This document shows, one piece after another, positions 19,835 through 30,601 of a stretch of DNA of 64,000 bases. This stretch comes from Candidatus Poribacteria bacterium (GTDB lineage: Bacteria > Poribacteria > WGA-4E > WGA-3G), in NCBI GenBank assembly GCA_964291315.2, contig OZ219753.1, positions 32,001 through 96,000 of the forward strand. Direction: 5' to 3'. The notes under the pieces were generated by a model. It was not told where the DNA came from and made no database searches. It was given only the letters and a program-made list of their open reading frames with translations. The stretch's first letter is position 1, and the number at the start of each line of letters is the position of its first letter. A program made the translations under genes and the position numbers.

Positions 19835-21328
19835 ATGAAAAAACAGGTGGGACAGGTTTTCACACCGATAAAATGGGCTGAGTGGCTCATCAGTAAATGG
19901 AACATCTTCAACGCATGGCTTGATGGTGCACACGTCTGCGATCCGACTGCGGGTCACGGAGCGTTTGCACTCGCAATGCTCTATATGGCTAAGCGAAAAG
20001 GAGTCCCTATTACCCCTAAACGCTTGACACGCCTAACGCTCATTGAGATAGTTCCCTCACACCTTGAGGATTTTAGAGAGAACGTCAAGCAGACGTTCGG
20101 TATAGAGTTTCCTACTTCTCAAATTTTCTGCCAAGACGTTATCACGGAAGCTCATGAGCGGAAATACGATATTCTCGTTGGGAATCCGCCGTGGGCGAAC
20201 TTTGCCGATTTACCCTCGGCTTACAAACAACAGTTAAAGCCGTTTTTTGTCCAAGAAAGGCTTGTACCGGATAAACAGAAGCTGCTGCTCGGTTCCTCGC
20301 GGGTTGATATAGCAGCATTGGTGTTGAAGAGTGTTTTGGGGAAACTGCTGAAAAAGAACGGCACCGGATATTTTTATGTTCCGACCTCCCTCTTTTTTGG
20401 GGATGGGGCACATAGCGGTTTTAGAAATTATTGTGTGAGGAACTCACGGCGCACCACTAATCCGTATCGGGATTTTGCCGTAGACACTGTCTACGAATTT
20501 TCATCGACGCAAGTATTTGACGGGGTTGGAACCTCTTATTGCGGTGCAAGATTCAGAGTGGATACACAACAAAATTTCCCCGTCTCATATTTCAAAGAGG
20601 AGGCCGGAGGATGGGTGGAGCATAAGGCGATGCCCCTCAAAGATTCCACGGATCCCTGGCGGATTGTGCGGAATCCTAGCGAATTGAATATCAGTAGTGT
20701 ATCACTTGAGATAGAATTGTTGCCAGAGCAGGCACCTCGGCAGGGCGTGAATACCTGTGGAGCAAGTAGGCTCTTTATTTTTGATCAAAAACCTTCGCAT
20801 CTTCCAAGTGAGTTTCTCTACCCACTTGCGACGAAGGAATTGTGGCGGCAACAGGCAGCATCGCCCTGTAAGTGGGTCTTGCTGCCGTATCATCAAGAAA
20901 CTGGAAAACCGCTCACATGGTATCAGATTGAAAAGTGGCCTGCCTTAAGGAATTATCTTCAAAGCGCACAAGATGTGCTACAATCACGAAAAGGGACAAT
21001 GCTTCGGACTGCGCTGAAGCGAGGCGTTTGGTGGGCGTTGCTGGGTGTCGGGCTCTATGCTTTCGCGCCGTTCAAAGTCATTTGGGAGGCTTATGGGAAA
21101 GACCGGTTTGAGCCAATCGTGTTAGGTAGTGTAGCCGGGCAAGCGTGGCAGGGCAATTCAGCGATGCATGCCTTTATTCCGTGCTGGACTGTGCAAGACG
21201 CACAGCAGATTAAGACGGCACTTGAGAGACCAGAGATTCCACTCTTATTGCGACAACTCAACGGCGCAGGAAAATGTAATTGGGCACAACCGGGTAAGAT
21301 TAAGAAAATTTTAAGGTTTCTCTCATAA
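19835..21328 (+). CDS. Orphan N6-adenine DNA methyltransferase (gamma class, TaqI/Eco57I-like)
   Basis: GQVFTP, DPTAGHG (motif I) before GNPPW (motif IV), C-terminal TRD-like region. Confidence 0.8.
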   Translation: MKKQVGQVFTPIKWAEWLISKWNIFNAWLDGAHVCDPTAGHGAFALAMLYMAKRKGVPITPKRLTRLTLIEIVPSHLEDFRENVKQTFGIEFPTSQIFCQDVITEAHERKYDILVGNPPWANFADLPSAYKQQLKPFFVQERLVPDKQKLLLGSSRVDIAALVLKSVLGKLLKKNGTGYFYVPTSLFFGDGAHSGFRNYCVRNSRRTTNPYRDFAVDTVYEFSSTQVFDGVGTSYCGARFRVDTQQNFPVSYFKEEAGGWVEHKAMPLKDSTDPWRIVRNPSELNISSVSLEIELLPEQAPRQGVNTCGASRLFIFDQKPSHLPSEFLYPLATKELWRQQAASPCKWVLLPYHQETGKPLTWYQIEKWPALRNYLQSAQDVLQSRKGTMLRTALKRGVWWALLGVGLYAFAPFKVIWEAYGKDRFEPIVLGSVAGQAWQGNSAMHAFIPCWTVQDAQQIKTALERPEIPLLLRQLNGAGKCNWAQPGKIKKILRFLS

Positions 21329-21488
21329 ACATGCCGCTGTTAGTTGGGCATAGGCCCGGGATTCAGATTTAGGTTACCATGTTTTTCTTGAATCTGTGGC
21401 TCATTTTTGATAAAATTGTTTATTAAGGCGAAGTTCGTAATTAGACTTTAAGTCCACCTATAGGTGAAAGTATTAAGGACGGAAATCC

Positions 21489-22742
21489 ATGGCACTTCCA
21501 AAAATGACACGCATTCGGCAGGCGTTTGAGGCGCCTGTTCTCGCTAATCTTCCTGCAGCCATTCATGCGGAATTAGATCGGATCAACGCCTCTGCGATTG
21601 TTAACCCGGGCGAAACTGTTGCTGTCACTGCTGGCAGCCGCGGGGTCGCGAATGTCGCTGCGGCCGTCAAGGCGACTATTGATTATCTGAAAGCGCTCGG
21701 CGCGGATCCTTTCGTGGTTCCAGCGATGGGGAGCCACGGTGGGGCAACAGCAGAAGGACAGCGCGCAGTATTAGAGCATTACGGCATCACGGAAACGACT
21801 GTTGGTGCACCCGTGAAAGCGACGATGGATGTCGTCGAACTCGGCAAGACGGCGGACGGTTTGCCGGTTTACTTTGATCGATATGCTGCCGAAGCTGACC
21901 ACGTTATCCCTCTCAATCGTATCAAAGCACACACGGACTTCAACGGTTCTATTGAGAGCGGTTTGATGAAGATGATGGTTATCGGGCTCGGTAAGCAGCA
22001 CGGAGCCAATCTCTACCATCGTGCGTTTTTTCAATACGGTTTTGAACAGGTCATCACTGCAGTCGGCGGCTTCATCCTTGACAGCGGAAAAATCGCTTTC
22101 GGTCTGGGTCTAATTGAGAATGCCTACGAAGATACCGCTAAAGCAGTCGCTATGGCTGCCTCCCAGCTCCTTCAAACTGAACGAGAACTGCTCGTTGAGG
22201 CAAAAGCGTTAATGGGACGGTTACCCTTTGATGAACTTGACCTGCTCATCGTGGATTGGGTCGGGAAAAATATCAGCGGCACCGGGATGGACACGAACGT
22301 CATCGGGCGGATGATGCAGAACTTCGAACCTGAACCCGCGAAACCCGCGATTCTCCGTATATTTGCCCGAGACCTCACTGAAGAAAGTGACGGCAACGCC
22401 ACCGGCATCGGACTCGCCGATTTTACAACCACGCGGCTCGTAGAGGCAATTGACCGACCCGCGACCTATATGAACGGAATCACTGCACTTGGACCGCAGA
22501 AATCGAAAATTCCGTTCTATTACGACACTGACCGGGAAGCAATGGAAGTTGCCCTCCATACCATCGGCCTGACGGAACCGGAGATGGCACGAGTCATTCG
22601 GATTGAAAGCACGCTGCGCTTGACAGAACTCGATATCTCTGAAGTGCTACTTGAAGATGCAAAACTGCATTCAAGGTTAAAGGTGAGCGGCAAGACAAAA
22701 CCGTTCGCGTTTGATGCCACAGGGAATCTATTACCGTTTTAA
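21489..22742 (+). CDS. Lactate-racemase-like (LarA/DUF2088 domain) protein
   Basis: PAMGSHGGAT, NRIKAHTDF, ESGLMKM, GKNISGTGMD. Confidence 0.8.
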   Translation: MALPKMTRIRQAFEAPVLANLPAAIHAELDRINASAIVNPGETVAVTAGSRGVANVAAAVKATIDYLKALGADPFVVPAMGSHGGATAEGQRAVLEHYGITETTVGAPVKATMDVVELGKTADGLPVYFDRYAAEADHVIPLNRIKAHTDFNGSIESGLMKMMVIGLGKQHGANLYHRAFFQYGFEQVITAVGGFILDSGKIAFGLGLIENAYEDTAKAVAMAASQLLQTERELLVEAKALMGRLPFDELDLLIVDWVGKNISGTGMDTNVIGRMMQNFEPEPAKPAILRIFARDLTEESDGNATGIGLADFTTTRLVEAIDRPATYMNGITALGPQKSKIPFYYDTDREAMEVALHTIGLTEPEMARVIRIESTLRLTELDISEVLLEDAKLHSRLKVSGKTKPFAFDATGNLLPF

Positions 22743-22830
22743 AATTGGCTTTGGTGGACACCGGATAGCAAAATGTCTGAACACTGACAACTAGACCAGA
22801 TAGGAAGCTCGCCAGCGGCTGGGCTAAGAA

Positions 22831-23682
22831 ATGCGGAAATTCAGAATCATTTTGGAGATGATTAAATTTGAACATACCGTTTTTGCGCTTCCGTTTGCAG
22901 TGATGAGCGCGTTTATTGCTGCAGATGGGCTGCCTTCCTTGCAGAAGTCTGGCTGGATTCTTGTGGCAATGGTCGGGGCACGCAGCTGCGCCATGGCCTT
23001 CAATCGGCTGGCGGATGCCAAATTTGATGGGATGAATCCGCGCACGGCTACGCGCGCCATTCCTGCCGGTTTAATCTCAAAGGGGGCGGTATGGGTTTTC
23101 ACAAGTGTCTCTGCTGGATTGCTGGTTTTCGCAGCATGGCGGTTGAATCCGCTCGCTTTCGCGTTGTCACCGGTCGCGCTCGCTGTGATTATAGGCTATT
23201 CTTATGCCAAACGTTTCACCGCCCTCTCTCACTTCTGGTTAGGACTTGCTCTCTCTATCTCACCTGTCGGTGCTTGGATTGCAATACGGGGGAATTTTGC
23301 GTTACCGCCTATTGTTCTCTGTTTTGTAGTGCTGCTCTGGACAGCCGGTTTTGACATCATCTACGCGTGTCAAGATGTCGGTTTTGACAGGCAGCACGGT
23401 TTACACTCTATCCCCGCTAAACTGGGCATCCGATGGGCGTTGTGGTTATCCGCCGGTCTACATGTTATTGCAGTGTTGCTTCTCCTCAGCATTCCGAGCC
23501 TGGTTGGATTGGGAGCCTTTTACTACATCGGTGTAGGGCTTGTTGTATTAATCTTTATCTATGAACACGCTATCGTCAAACCGACTGATCTATCGCGCGT
23601 CAATCTCGCTTTTTTTACATTGAACGGCATGATTAGTCTTATTTTAATGGTGCTTTCCATCGCCGATATTTTATATTTTTAG
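22831..23682 (+). CDS. UbiA-family polyprenyltransferase (MqnP-like)
   Basis: IKFEHTVFALPFA, NRLADAKFD, NPRT, FDIIYACQD. Confidence 0.92.
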   Translation: MRKFRIILEMIKFEHTVFALPFAVMSAFIAADGLPSLQKSGWILVAMVGARSCAMAFNRLADAKFDGMNPRTATRAIPAGLISKGAVWVFTSVSAGLLVFAAWRLNPLAFALSPVALAVIIGYSYAKRFTALSHFWLGLALSISPVGAWIAIRGNFALPPIVLCFVVLLWTAGFDIIYACQDVGFDRQHGLHSIPAKLGIRWALWLSAGLHVIAVLLLLSIPSLVGLGAFYYIGVGLVVLIFIYEHAIVKPTDLSRVNLAFFTLNGMISLILMVLSIADILYF

Positions 23683-23931
23683 GGATGCTGTTGTCAAGAG
23701 GCACCTACAGTCAGCTCGGATTTCTGTGTGCCTCTTTCAGTAGACAGTAGAATGTTCAGGTGTCAGGGTAGACGTATCGCAAAGATCCGGACTAGGGTTC
23801 TTACGGTTTTAAAATGTCGTCCTTATAGGACCTCCATCACAGAATATTTAACAATCTGATAGATTACCATTCACACATTTTGGGATCGGCGTTGGCAATT
23901 GAAACGCCGTCCGGGAGCACATAGGTAAAAA

Positions 23932-24753
23932 ATGCAACTCTCGCTTTCCGTGCGCGTTGCGGAAACCGCCTCGAAAAGAGATGCCACGCACAGTTTTGCA
24001 CAGCTCACTGAATTAGCTGGGGGACTGGGCTATGAGGCGGTCTGCATGCGTGCCTCACAAGTTGGTGTCCATTCGCCTTTAGATCAGATTACTGCTGCAC
24101 GGAAGCAGGCAGCGTCGCTCAACCTGAAGGTCTCTATGGTCACCGGTGATTTTCCGGTACCTCTGAATAACGATCGGGGCCCCGATGGACTCCGCAATAT
24201 AACTCCTTATCTCGATTTAGCGGGGCTCCTTAACGCAGATCTCATCCGTATTGCGATGAAGGTTGAGGAAGACATCGCGTGGGCGCAGCACGCCGCTGAC
24301 GAAGCTGCTGAGCGCGGCATTCGGCTTGCACATCAATCACATACGCTGAGCCTGTTTGAGACAGTGGAGGGATCTGTTGATGTATTAAAACGTGTGGATA
24401 GAAAAAACTTCGGAATTATATACGAGCCTGCCAACCTTGACTTGTGCGGGCAGGATTACGGGGTTGAAACCCTCAAACGGTTCTCGCCTTATCTTTTCAA
24501 CGTCTATCTCCAGAACCATATCCGCCGCCCGAGTGGAAAGACGCGACTCCTGACGTGGGTTCAAGGGGAGGTTCCACACGATCCGATCCGTCTACAAGAC
24601 GAAGGAGGCATTGATTTTCCGTCGGTTTTTCAAGGGTTGAAAACGATAGGTTACGACGGCTATGTGACGGTGCATCAAGCGTTCCGCGAGATCATGGAAC
24701 CTGAAGACGCAGCAGAGCAGAGCTATATCTATTTGAAACCTTTTTGTGGATAA
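23932..24753 (+). CDS. Sugar phosphate isomerase/epimerase (AP endonuclease 2 TIM barrel)
   Basis: Size, YEPAN and GYDGYVTVH pattern. Confidence 0.8.
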   Translation: MQLSLSVRVAETASKRDATHSFAQLTELAGGLGYEAVCMRASQVGVHSPLDQITAARKQAASLNLKVSMVTGDFPVPLNNDRGPDGLRNITPYLDLAGLLNADLIRIAMKVEEDIAWAQHAADEAAERGIRLAHQSHTLSLFETVEGSVDVLKRVDRKNFGIIYEPANLDLCGQDYGVETLKRFSPYLFNVYLQNHIRRPSGKTRLLTWVQGEVPHDPIRLQDEGGIDFPSVFQGLKTIGYDGYVTVHQAFREIMEPEDAAEQSYIYLKPFCG

Positions 24754-25016
24754 CGCGTGGAGATGGCAATGCTGCTGATAAAATGTCTCTTGTAATCTGC
24801 TTTTTTGAGATGATAGGGGCTCGGAGCAAAGAAGTGGAGGACTCGGCGTATGCGTGACGGGTTCGAGAATAAGCGGAGAGCGAGAACCCGGTAACGCGAT
24901 TTTAAACTTGCATTTTAGCGAAAGATTGAGTATCCTTTGCAGGAAAGAGATAATCTTGCTCCGCACTCGTCGTATCTTGCGGTAGAAGTGAGATAAAAAA
25001 TATTGAGGGCATCTAT

Positions 25017-25826
25017 ATGGTACCTACGCTCTCCATCGTGATCCCGATTTTCAACGAAGTTGTGAGTTTGCGGAAACTCCTCCAACAGATCGCCGCCGTT
25101 GAAATCGGTATGAAAAAGGAATTGATTCTCGTTGATGATTTTTCAACAGATGGTACGCGGACGATATTAAGGGAAATTGAGGCAATACAAGAAGATCCAG
25201 GCCAGTTGCGTAAGTACATCTCGACACCGCAGTCTCTGAACGACGAGGCTCTCCGTGATACGGAGGCGTTACAACCCGAAAGTTTTCCGGAAACCGCGTC
25301 TGAAATTTCTGCAAGGGTTTTCTACCACGATGCGAATAAGGGCAAAGGGGCAACCCTCCGCACCGGGTTCCAATATATCACTGGTGAGATTACCCTTATC
25401 CAAGATGCTGATCTTGAGTATGATCCAAAGGATTATCCGAAATTGATTCGGCCTATTCTGGATGACGAGGCCGATGTTGTCTACGGTTCGCGGTTTATGA
25501 AAGGTAGACAGACCGGGCTACTGCGCAGCTATCTCGCTAATCAATTTCTCACAACCCTTGCAAACATCGTCAACGGCACAAAACTCACTGATATGGAAAC
25601 CTGTTATAAAGTGATTCGGACATCTATTCTAAAGAAGATTTCACTCTATTCGGATAGGTTCGGTTTTGAGCCTGAAATTACGGCGAAGCTTGCTAGGCGG
25701 AAATGTCGGATTGTTGAAGTCTCTATCACTTACCGCGGTAGAGACTATCACGAAGGGAAAACCATCGGTTGGAAGGACGGTGTTGCGGCTATCTTCCATA
25801 TTTTCCGATTCCGCTTCTTTCCATAG
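25017..25826 (+). CDS. GT2 glycosyltransferase (DPM1-like)
   Basis: IVIPIFNE, DDFSTDGT, QDADLEY, DMETCYK, FGFEPE. Confidence 0.93.
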   Translation: MVPTLSIVIPIFNEVVSLRKLLQQIAAVEIGMKKELILVDDFSTDGTRTILREIEAIQEDPGQLRKYISTPQSLNDEALRDTEALQPESFPETASEISARVFYHDANKGKGATLRTGFQYITGEITLIQDADLEYDPKDYPKLIRPILDDEADVVYGSRFMKGRQTGLLRSYLANQFLTTLANIVNGTKLTDMETCYKVIRTSILKKISLYSDRFGFEPEITAKLARRKCRIVEVSITYRGRDYHEGKTIGWKDGVAAIFHIFRFRFFP

Positions 25827-25851
25827 CAGGCGACACCTAAGTTCTGAAAAT

Positions 25852-27687
25852 ATGCAAAACTTGCAGGATTTGCTTAAAGAGGTCGATGCGATTCTGGATT
25901 CGACGGATCCGCCGGAATCACCGGCTACTTTTGCGACAGAAACCGGGCAACTTCCGACAGATCGGCTTCTGGAAGGACTTCAGGACTACTTCGGCTATAC
26001 GTCTTTTCGGAAAGGTCAACGCGAGATTATTGAAGCGATTTTAGGGGGCGAGAATGTGTTCGCTGTGTTCCCGACAGGACACGGAAAATCGCTGTGCTAC
26101 CAATTGCCTGCAATGATGCTTGAGGGTATAACTGTCGTGATTTCACCGCTCATCTCGTTGATGAAGGACCAGGTAGACGGGTTACGGGATCACGGCATCG
26201 ATGCGGTGTCGCTAATAAACAGCGCCTTGACGTGGGAAGAATATCAAGCCGAATTGGCACGAATGAGGCGCGATGAAGTAAAGCTTCTCTACATTTCCCC
26301 GGAGCGTCTCCGAAGCCAGCGGTTTTTGGAGCTTCTCAACGCATTTCCCATTTCACTATTCGTTGTCGATGAGGCACATTGCATTTCACAGTGGGGACAC
26401 GATTTCCGTCCAGCATATCTATCGCTGCCGGATACGATTGACGTTCTCCAGCCGCGTGTTGTTGCACTTTTCACTGCCACAGCCCCGCCAGAGATTCAAG
26501 CCGATATTCTCAGTGTACTCAAAATACCGACACCGCGCATCCTGATACAAGGGATTGACCGGCCGAATTTAAAGCTGTGGGTTCAACTCAGCGAAGACGA
26601 CGATGAAAAGTATCAACACCTCGAAAGCTTCTTAATTAACCCGACCCCGCATTCATTAACAGCAGGTATTGGAGACTTGCACGCCTCTCCTAGAAAGGGG
26701 ATTGTCTACGCCGGGCGCCGCCGCGAAACCGAAGAGATCGCCTATTTCCTTCAGAAACGCGGATTCCGAGCGGACTTCTATCACGCCGGGCTGGAGAGAC
26801 ACGAGCGGAGTCGTGTACAAGAAGCGTTTTTCGATGACAGCAGAAATGGGCTAGACATCGTCGTCGCTACCAACGCCTTCGGCATGGGGATTGACAAGCC
26901 GAACATCCGATACATTGTGCACTGGACCCTTACAGGGACCCTGGAAGAATATTGCCAAGAGATCGGGCGGGCGGGCAGAGACGGCGAGGATTCGCTCTGT
27001 CTCCTGCTTTTCTGCCACGATGACCGCGGATTGCATGAATGGTTTATCAAGGAAAACACCCCGGATACACCGTTCTTACTGAAGCTCATGAAGATTATTG
27101 AAGATTTCAGAGGGAGCGGGCGCTACCGCGCTATCGCTAACGAAGAATTAGAATGGATGAGTGAGACGAAAGGGACAAAAATCTACGTCTGTCTCAGCCA
27201 TCTCGAAAAATTGGGGTTTTTGAAGCGGTGGTATAACGTCCCCTCTCAGTTCTCTGTGAGATTCCATAGAGCTGCGATTGATCAGATGGAACCTGCAGAT
27301 GCCGAGCTGCAACCGCTGCTTCGATTCATAAGAGAAAACAGCACTAGAACTATTTTGGAATTATCTGAAACAACCGGGCTAAATCCAAAGGCCGTAATGG
27401 AGCAACTGGCAGAATTGCAAAGCAGCGGTTACATTCAATACTGGGGACAAGAGGACTTACTGCTCATTGAGCTGCTTCAAGACAGTGAGCTGCTTAGCAC
27501 GTTGACGGACGATCAAATCGGTTTGGACGACTATGTCCGTCAAAAACAGAGTCAAATTGATCAGACCATCGTTTATGCGTTGGAAACGACTTGCCGTTCG
27601 CGCGTGATCCGTAGGCACTTCGGTGAAGATGTTGATGAAGGTTACCGGTGTGGCACGTGTGATCTATGCCAGAAGGGTCTTGAATAA
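25852..27687 (+). CDS. recQ: RecQ-family ATP-dependent DNA helicase
   Basis: PTGHGKS, DEAHCISQWGHDFRP, QEIGRAGRDG, C-terminal CR..CGTCDLC. Start at ATG 25852. Confidence 0.92.
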   Translation: MQNLQDLLKEVDAILDSTDPPESPATFATETGQLPTDRLLEGLQDYFGYTSFRKGQREIIEAILGGENVFAVFPTGHGKSLCYQLPAMMLEGITVVISPLISLMKDQVDGLRDHGIDAVSLINSALTWEEYQAELARMRRDEVKLLYISPERLRSQRFLELLNAFPISLFVVDEAHCISQWGHDFRPAYLSLPDTIDVLQPRVVALFTATAPPEIQADILSVLKIPTPRILIQGIDRPNLKLWVQLSEDDDEKYQHLESFLINPTPHSLTAGIGDLHASPRKGIVYAGRRRETEEIAYFLQKRGFRADFYHAGLERHERSRVQEAFFDDSRNGLDIVVATNAFGMGIDKPNIRYIVHWTLTGTLEEYCQEIGRAGRDGEDSLCLLLFCHDDRGLHEWFIKENTPDTPFLLKLMKIIEDFRGSGRYRAIANEELEWMSETKGTKIYVCLSHLEKLGFLKRWYNVPSQFSVRFHRAAIDQMEPADAELQPLLRFIRENSTRTILELSETTGLNPKAVMEQLAELQSSGYIQYWGQEDLLLIELLQDSELLSTLTDDQIGLDDYVRQKQSQIDQTIVYALETTCRSRVIRRHFGEDVDEGYRCGTCDLCQKGLE

Positions 27688-27706
27688 TGCAATAGGGTTA
27701 AAAAAC

Positions 27707-27742
27707 AACGGTGGGGGGACACTTAAATGTCCCCCCACCGTT
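27707..27742. terminator. Perfect 15-bp-arm palindrome between convergent genes
   Basis: AACGGTGGGGGGACA-cttaaa-TGTCCCCCCACCGTT. Confidence 0.75.
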
Positions 27743-27787
27743 CGGTTGATTTTAGGTTAGTTTGTCTCTGTGTAATGGTTGTGTCTG

Positions 27788-30601
27788 CTATTTGTCAGAC
27801 GATTTGAGCTCCCCCCATCGGGTTGTGAGCTTACCATTCGCAGAGACATCGCCCCGCAGGTGCGTCGTCCGGAGGGTTGTGCGCACGCCATCCATAGCGA
27901 CATCTTGTATCTGGTAGTAATAGACCACGTTGGGTTTCGCGGTGGTATCTGTGTAGGTATAGACGTGCTTCTCGGATGTTGTGCCGTGTCCTGCGATCAG
28001 TCCTTTTGTGTTAATCACTTGGAACTCGCCGTTTTTGCTATCGCTGCGCAGGATGTTGAATCCTGCGTTGTTGAGTTCGGCCTGCGTTATCCAAGTAATC
28101 TCGACGTGTCCTGTTGCGGTGTTGCGCACTGGGCGGAAGCTGGAGAGCGAGACGGGTAGGGGTCCGCCGAGGCGGTAGCCGGGAGTGCTGATATCGTCTC
28201 GGTGTCCGTAGTAGGTCCCCAATCCACTGACCTGCTTAGGCTGCGTCCAAGCGTCTTCCATTAGTCCGTCTTTAGCGTCATGGGGTCCAGCGCCCATAGT
28301 CCTCTTGTTTGCTGTATTGAAGAGATCGCCATAAATTCTGACGATAGACTTTCGGGTGTCGCCGGAGGCGGGGAGGTCCCATTCGTGTATGCGCATAGTA
28401 CCGTCTATTTTAAAGTTGCCGGCTGTGTCCATAACTGTCATCTCTGTCCGACCGCCTTTGTTGGATTTTGCGCGGAGTTCGAGATGGAATCCAGTGGGAC
28501 TCAACAAGCGCTGCTCGCGCGTGGTCAACCCGAGTTTGCTCCGGTGTTTTGCTTGTAGGTTGTAGACGTGGTTTTCAGCTACATCGTTCGATCCGCTGCT
28601 TGACACTAGCAGTAATGTCTGATTCGGTAGGATATACGTGCCTGCCTCAAACGTGAACTTGGCATTTACATAGGATTGGGTTTGTGTGTTCTCGTTGCGG
28701 ATTTCAAATTCCCAGCCCTCAAGATTCACGGTTTCCATCATAGAGCTGTTGTAGAGTTCTATCCACTGGATCAAGTTCTGGCGCGGTCCTGCGTCATACA
28801 TAATCTCGCTGATGGTGACTGTTCCGTCGAAGGCGTAGTCATCGTCAGTTGATGCGGTGTCTCTATCGTCAGTGATCGTGCCGATAGCTGTGTTTGGGTA
28901 TCCTGGTGTGCCAGGGGAGACCATTGTATCAAGGGTTCTATCTTTGCCGCGATCGTAGCCGGTGCCCATGAACTTGAACGACTGCCAATCGTCTTTGTGA
29001 AGACGGTTTGCGCGAGACTTCGCGACATACATGCCCTTCGTGTTCAGCTGGGCCCCCCGGCCGAACGACATGTTCGTAGAGGCGAAGGTGTTCATACCGC
29101 CGAAGTCGTTATCATCAACGTCTCCCGGCTTCGCCCACGCGATGAAGGGCCAGACATCTGTGTTGAACTTCTTATCTTCTGTGCGCTTGAAGAACCCGTT
29201 GCCTGCGTAGTCTTTGAGGTTCGTCGCTTTTCCAACGTCGTCTGCATGATCGCGTGTGCGTAGCAGGATCAGGAACTTGCCTTTGGCGGGGAGGTTTAGA
29301 TCTTTAGCGACGGCGTACTTGTGTGTGGCGCCCTTTTTAGTGTGGGTTTGGGCTGCGAGGTCGGCAACGTTTACGCCTCCTGCGAGTGCGATGCTTTTCC
29401 CGGGGTCTCTGTTATAGATAACGAGGTAGTCGCCGGGCATCATCTGATATTCGGGCAGTACGGCGAGTTTTGTGTCGGTGAAGTTGGCGTCGCCTGATTC
29501 GTGATAGCCGCTGCCGTCAGTCTTCATTTTCCCCATCGCCAAGCTGAGCGTATAGTTCTTGACATTGACAGCGGGGTCCGATGCGTTGTCGCTATTGTAG
29601 AAGAGCTCTATCCAGTCCAAGTTTTCATCGGAGGTGTCGTTGCGCACCTCGTTGATGATGATGCCTTTATCGGAGAAGGAGGCGGGAGTCGTTTCAAACC
29701 GAACTACGTTCGGACCACTCGGGCCCACTTCAACATGCCCCGGAGTCCCTATGTAACCACCTACCATGTTAACTTTGTTTTTAGTTGTTTCCCAGGAGCT
29801 TGCTTCTTCGCCGTCACCGAGCCCCTTCAGTTTTCCGTTTTCGACTTTATACGCTTTACCTGTGTCATCCACTTCGATCTTCCGATACATGGAGACCAAG
29901 TCCATAGCAGGGATGCCGAGATCATCGTTTTCGCTGGCTCCATTTTCACCTTTCAGTTCCCACCTTTGGTTAAAACTATTGAGTGTTGAGACACGGTCCA
30001 AAACGACAAACTTGCGGTTACTGATGTTCGCGTCATCATTCTCACCAACCATATACGTTTCACCCGCAGCAGGGTAGGTGGTATCCTTATTCCAGTCCCA
30101 AGCGTAAAAGATCCAATCGTGTTCTTTCAAACCGTTGTTATAGATTTCAATCCATTGTGCGGTTGTTCTGGCCGGGTCGTCTTTCGCCCACATGATTTCT
30201 GTGATAACGACCTTGTGTTTTGCTTTCATCAGATCTTCTGCTGATGGATTGACTTTTAGGCTCTGCTTTGTATAATCGCCAGTTGTAAGTTCAGTTCCTT
30301 CCGGGATTCTCTGTGAAATAATGAACGAGCCGCCTTGCCTGAAGAGATCCCACAGATCCGGGAAATCGGCTATCGTCCGCCCGTTTACGGGGCCGGCAAT
30401 ATTTCTAGGGTCGTCTGCGCCTAAGTTAATGCCTGTCAATATACCATTTTCCCTTGTCGAGGGGACTAGAACAAAGTGGGCTTTGTCCACTTTCAATTTA
30501 TCCCAGTTGTCAGCAACGTCCTGGGCGTGTGCGGTTGCGCCGGTAAACAGCAGTCCTAATACTCCGAATACTACGAAAATTCTAATTTTATTTGATAACA
30601 T
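27788..30601 (-). CDS. Large secreted lamin-tail-domain (LTD) repeat protein, copy A
   Basis: Signal peptide after RBS AGGAG (MLSNKIRIF..AHA). Three LTD starts (VITEIMW, IINEVRN, TISEIMY) with QWIE/DWIE. PLPVSLSSF Ig-like module, C-terminal KLTTRWGELK. Confidence 0.85.
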   Translation of the reverse strand: MLSNKIRIFVVFGVLGLLFTGATAHAQDVADNWDKLKVDKAHFVLVPSTRENGILTGINLGADDPRNIAGPVNGRTIADFPDLWDLFRQGGSFIISQRIPEGTELTTGDYTKQSLKVNPSAEDLMKAKHKVVITEIMWAKDDPARTTAQWIEIYNNGLKEHDWIFYAWDWNKDTTYPAAGETYMVGENDDANISNRKFVVLDRVSTLNSFNQRWELKGENGASENDDLGIPAMDLVSMYRKIEVDDTGKAYKVENGKLKGLGDGEEASSWETTKNKVNMVGGYIGTPGHVEVGPSGPNVVRFETTPASFSDKGIIINEVRNDTSDENLDWIELFYNSDNASDPAVNVKNYTLSLAMGKMKTDGSGYHESGDANFTDTKLAVLPEYQMMPGDYLVIYNRDPGKSIALAGGVNVADLAAQTHTKKGATHKYAVAKDLNLPAKGKFLILLRTRDHADDVGKATNLKDYAGNGFFKRTEDKKFNTDVWPFIAWAKPGDVDDNDFGGMNTFASTNMSFGRGAQLNTKGMYVAKSRANRLHKDDWQSFKFMGTGYDRGKDRTLDTMVSPGTPGYPNTAIGTITDDRDTASTDDDYAFDGTVTISEIMYDAGPRQNLIQWIELYNSSMMETVNLEGWEFEIRNENTQTQSYVNAKFTFEAGTYILPNQTLLLVSSSGSNDVAENHVYNLQAKHRSKLGLTTREQRLLSPTGFHLELRAKSNKGGRTEMTVMDTAGNFKIDGTMRIHEWDLPASGDTRKSIVRIYGDLFNTANKRTMGAGPHDAKDGLMEDAWTQPKQVSGLGTYYGHRDDISTPGYRLGGPLPVSLSSFRPVRNTATGHVEITWITQAELNNAGFNILRSDSKNGEFQVINTKGLIAGHGTTSEKHVYTYTDTTAKPNVVYYYQIQDVAMDGVRTTLRTTHLRGDVSANGKLTTRWGELKSSDK

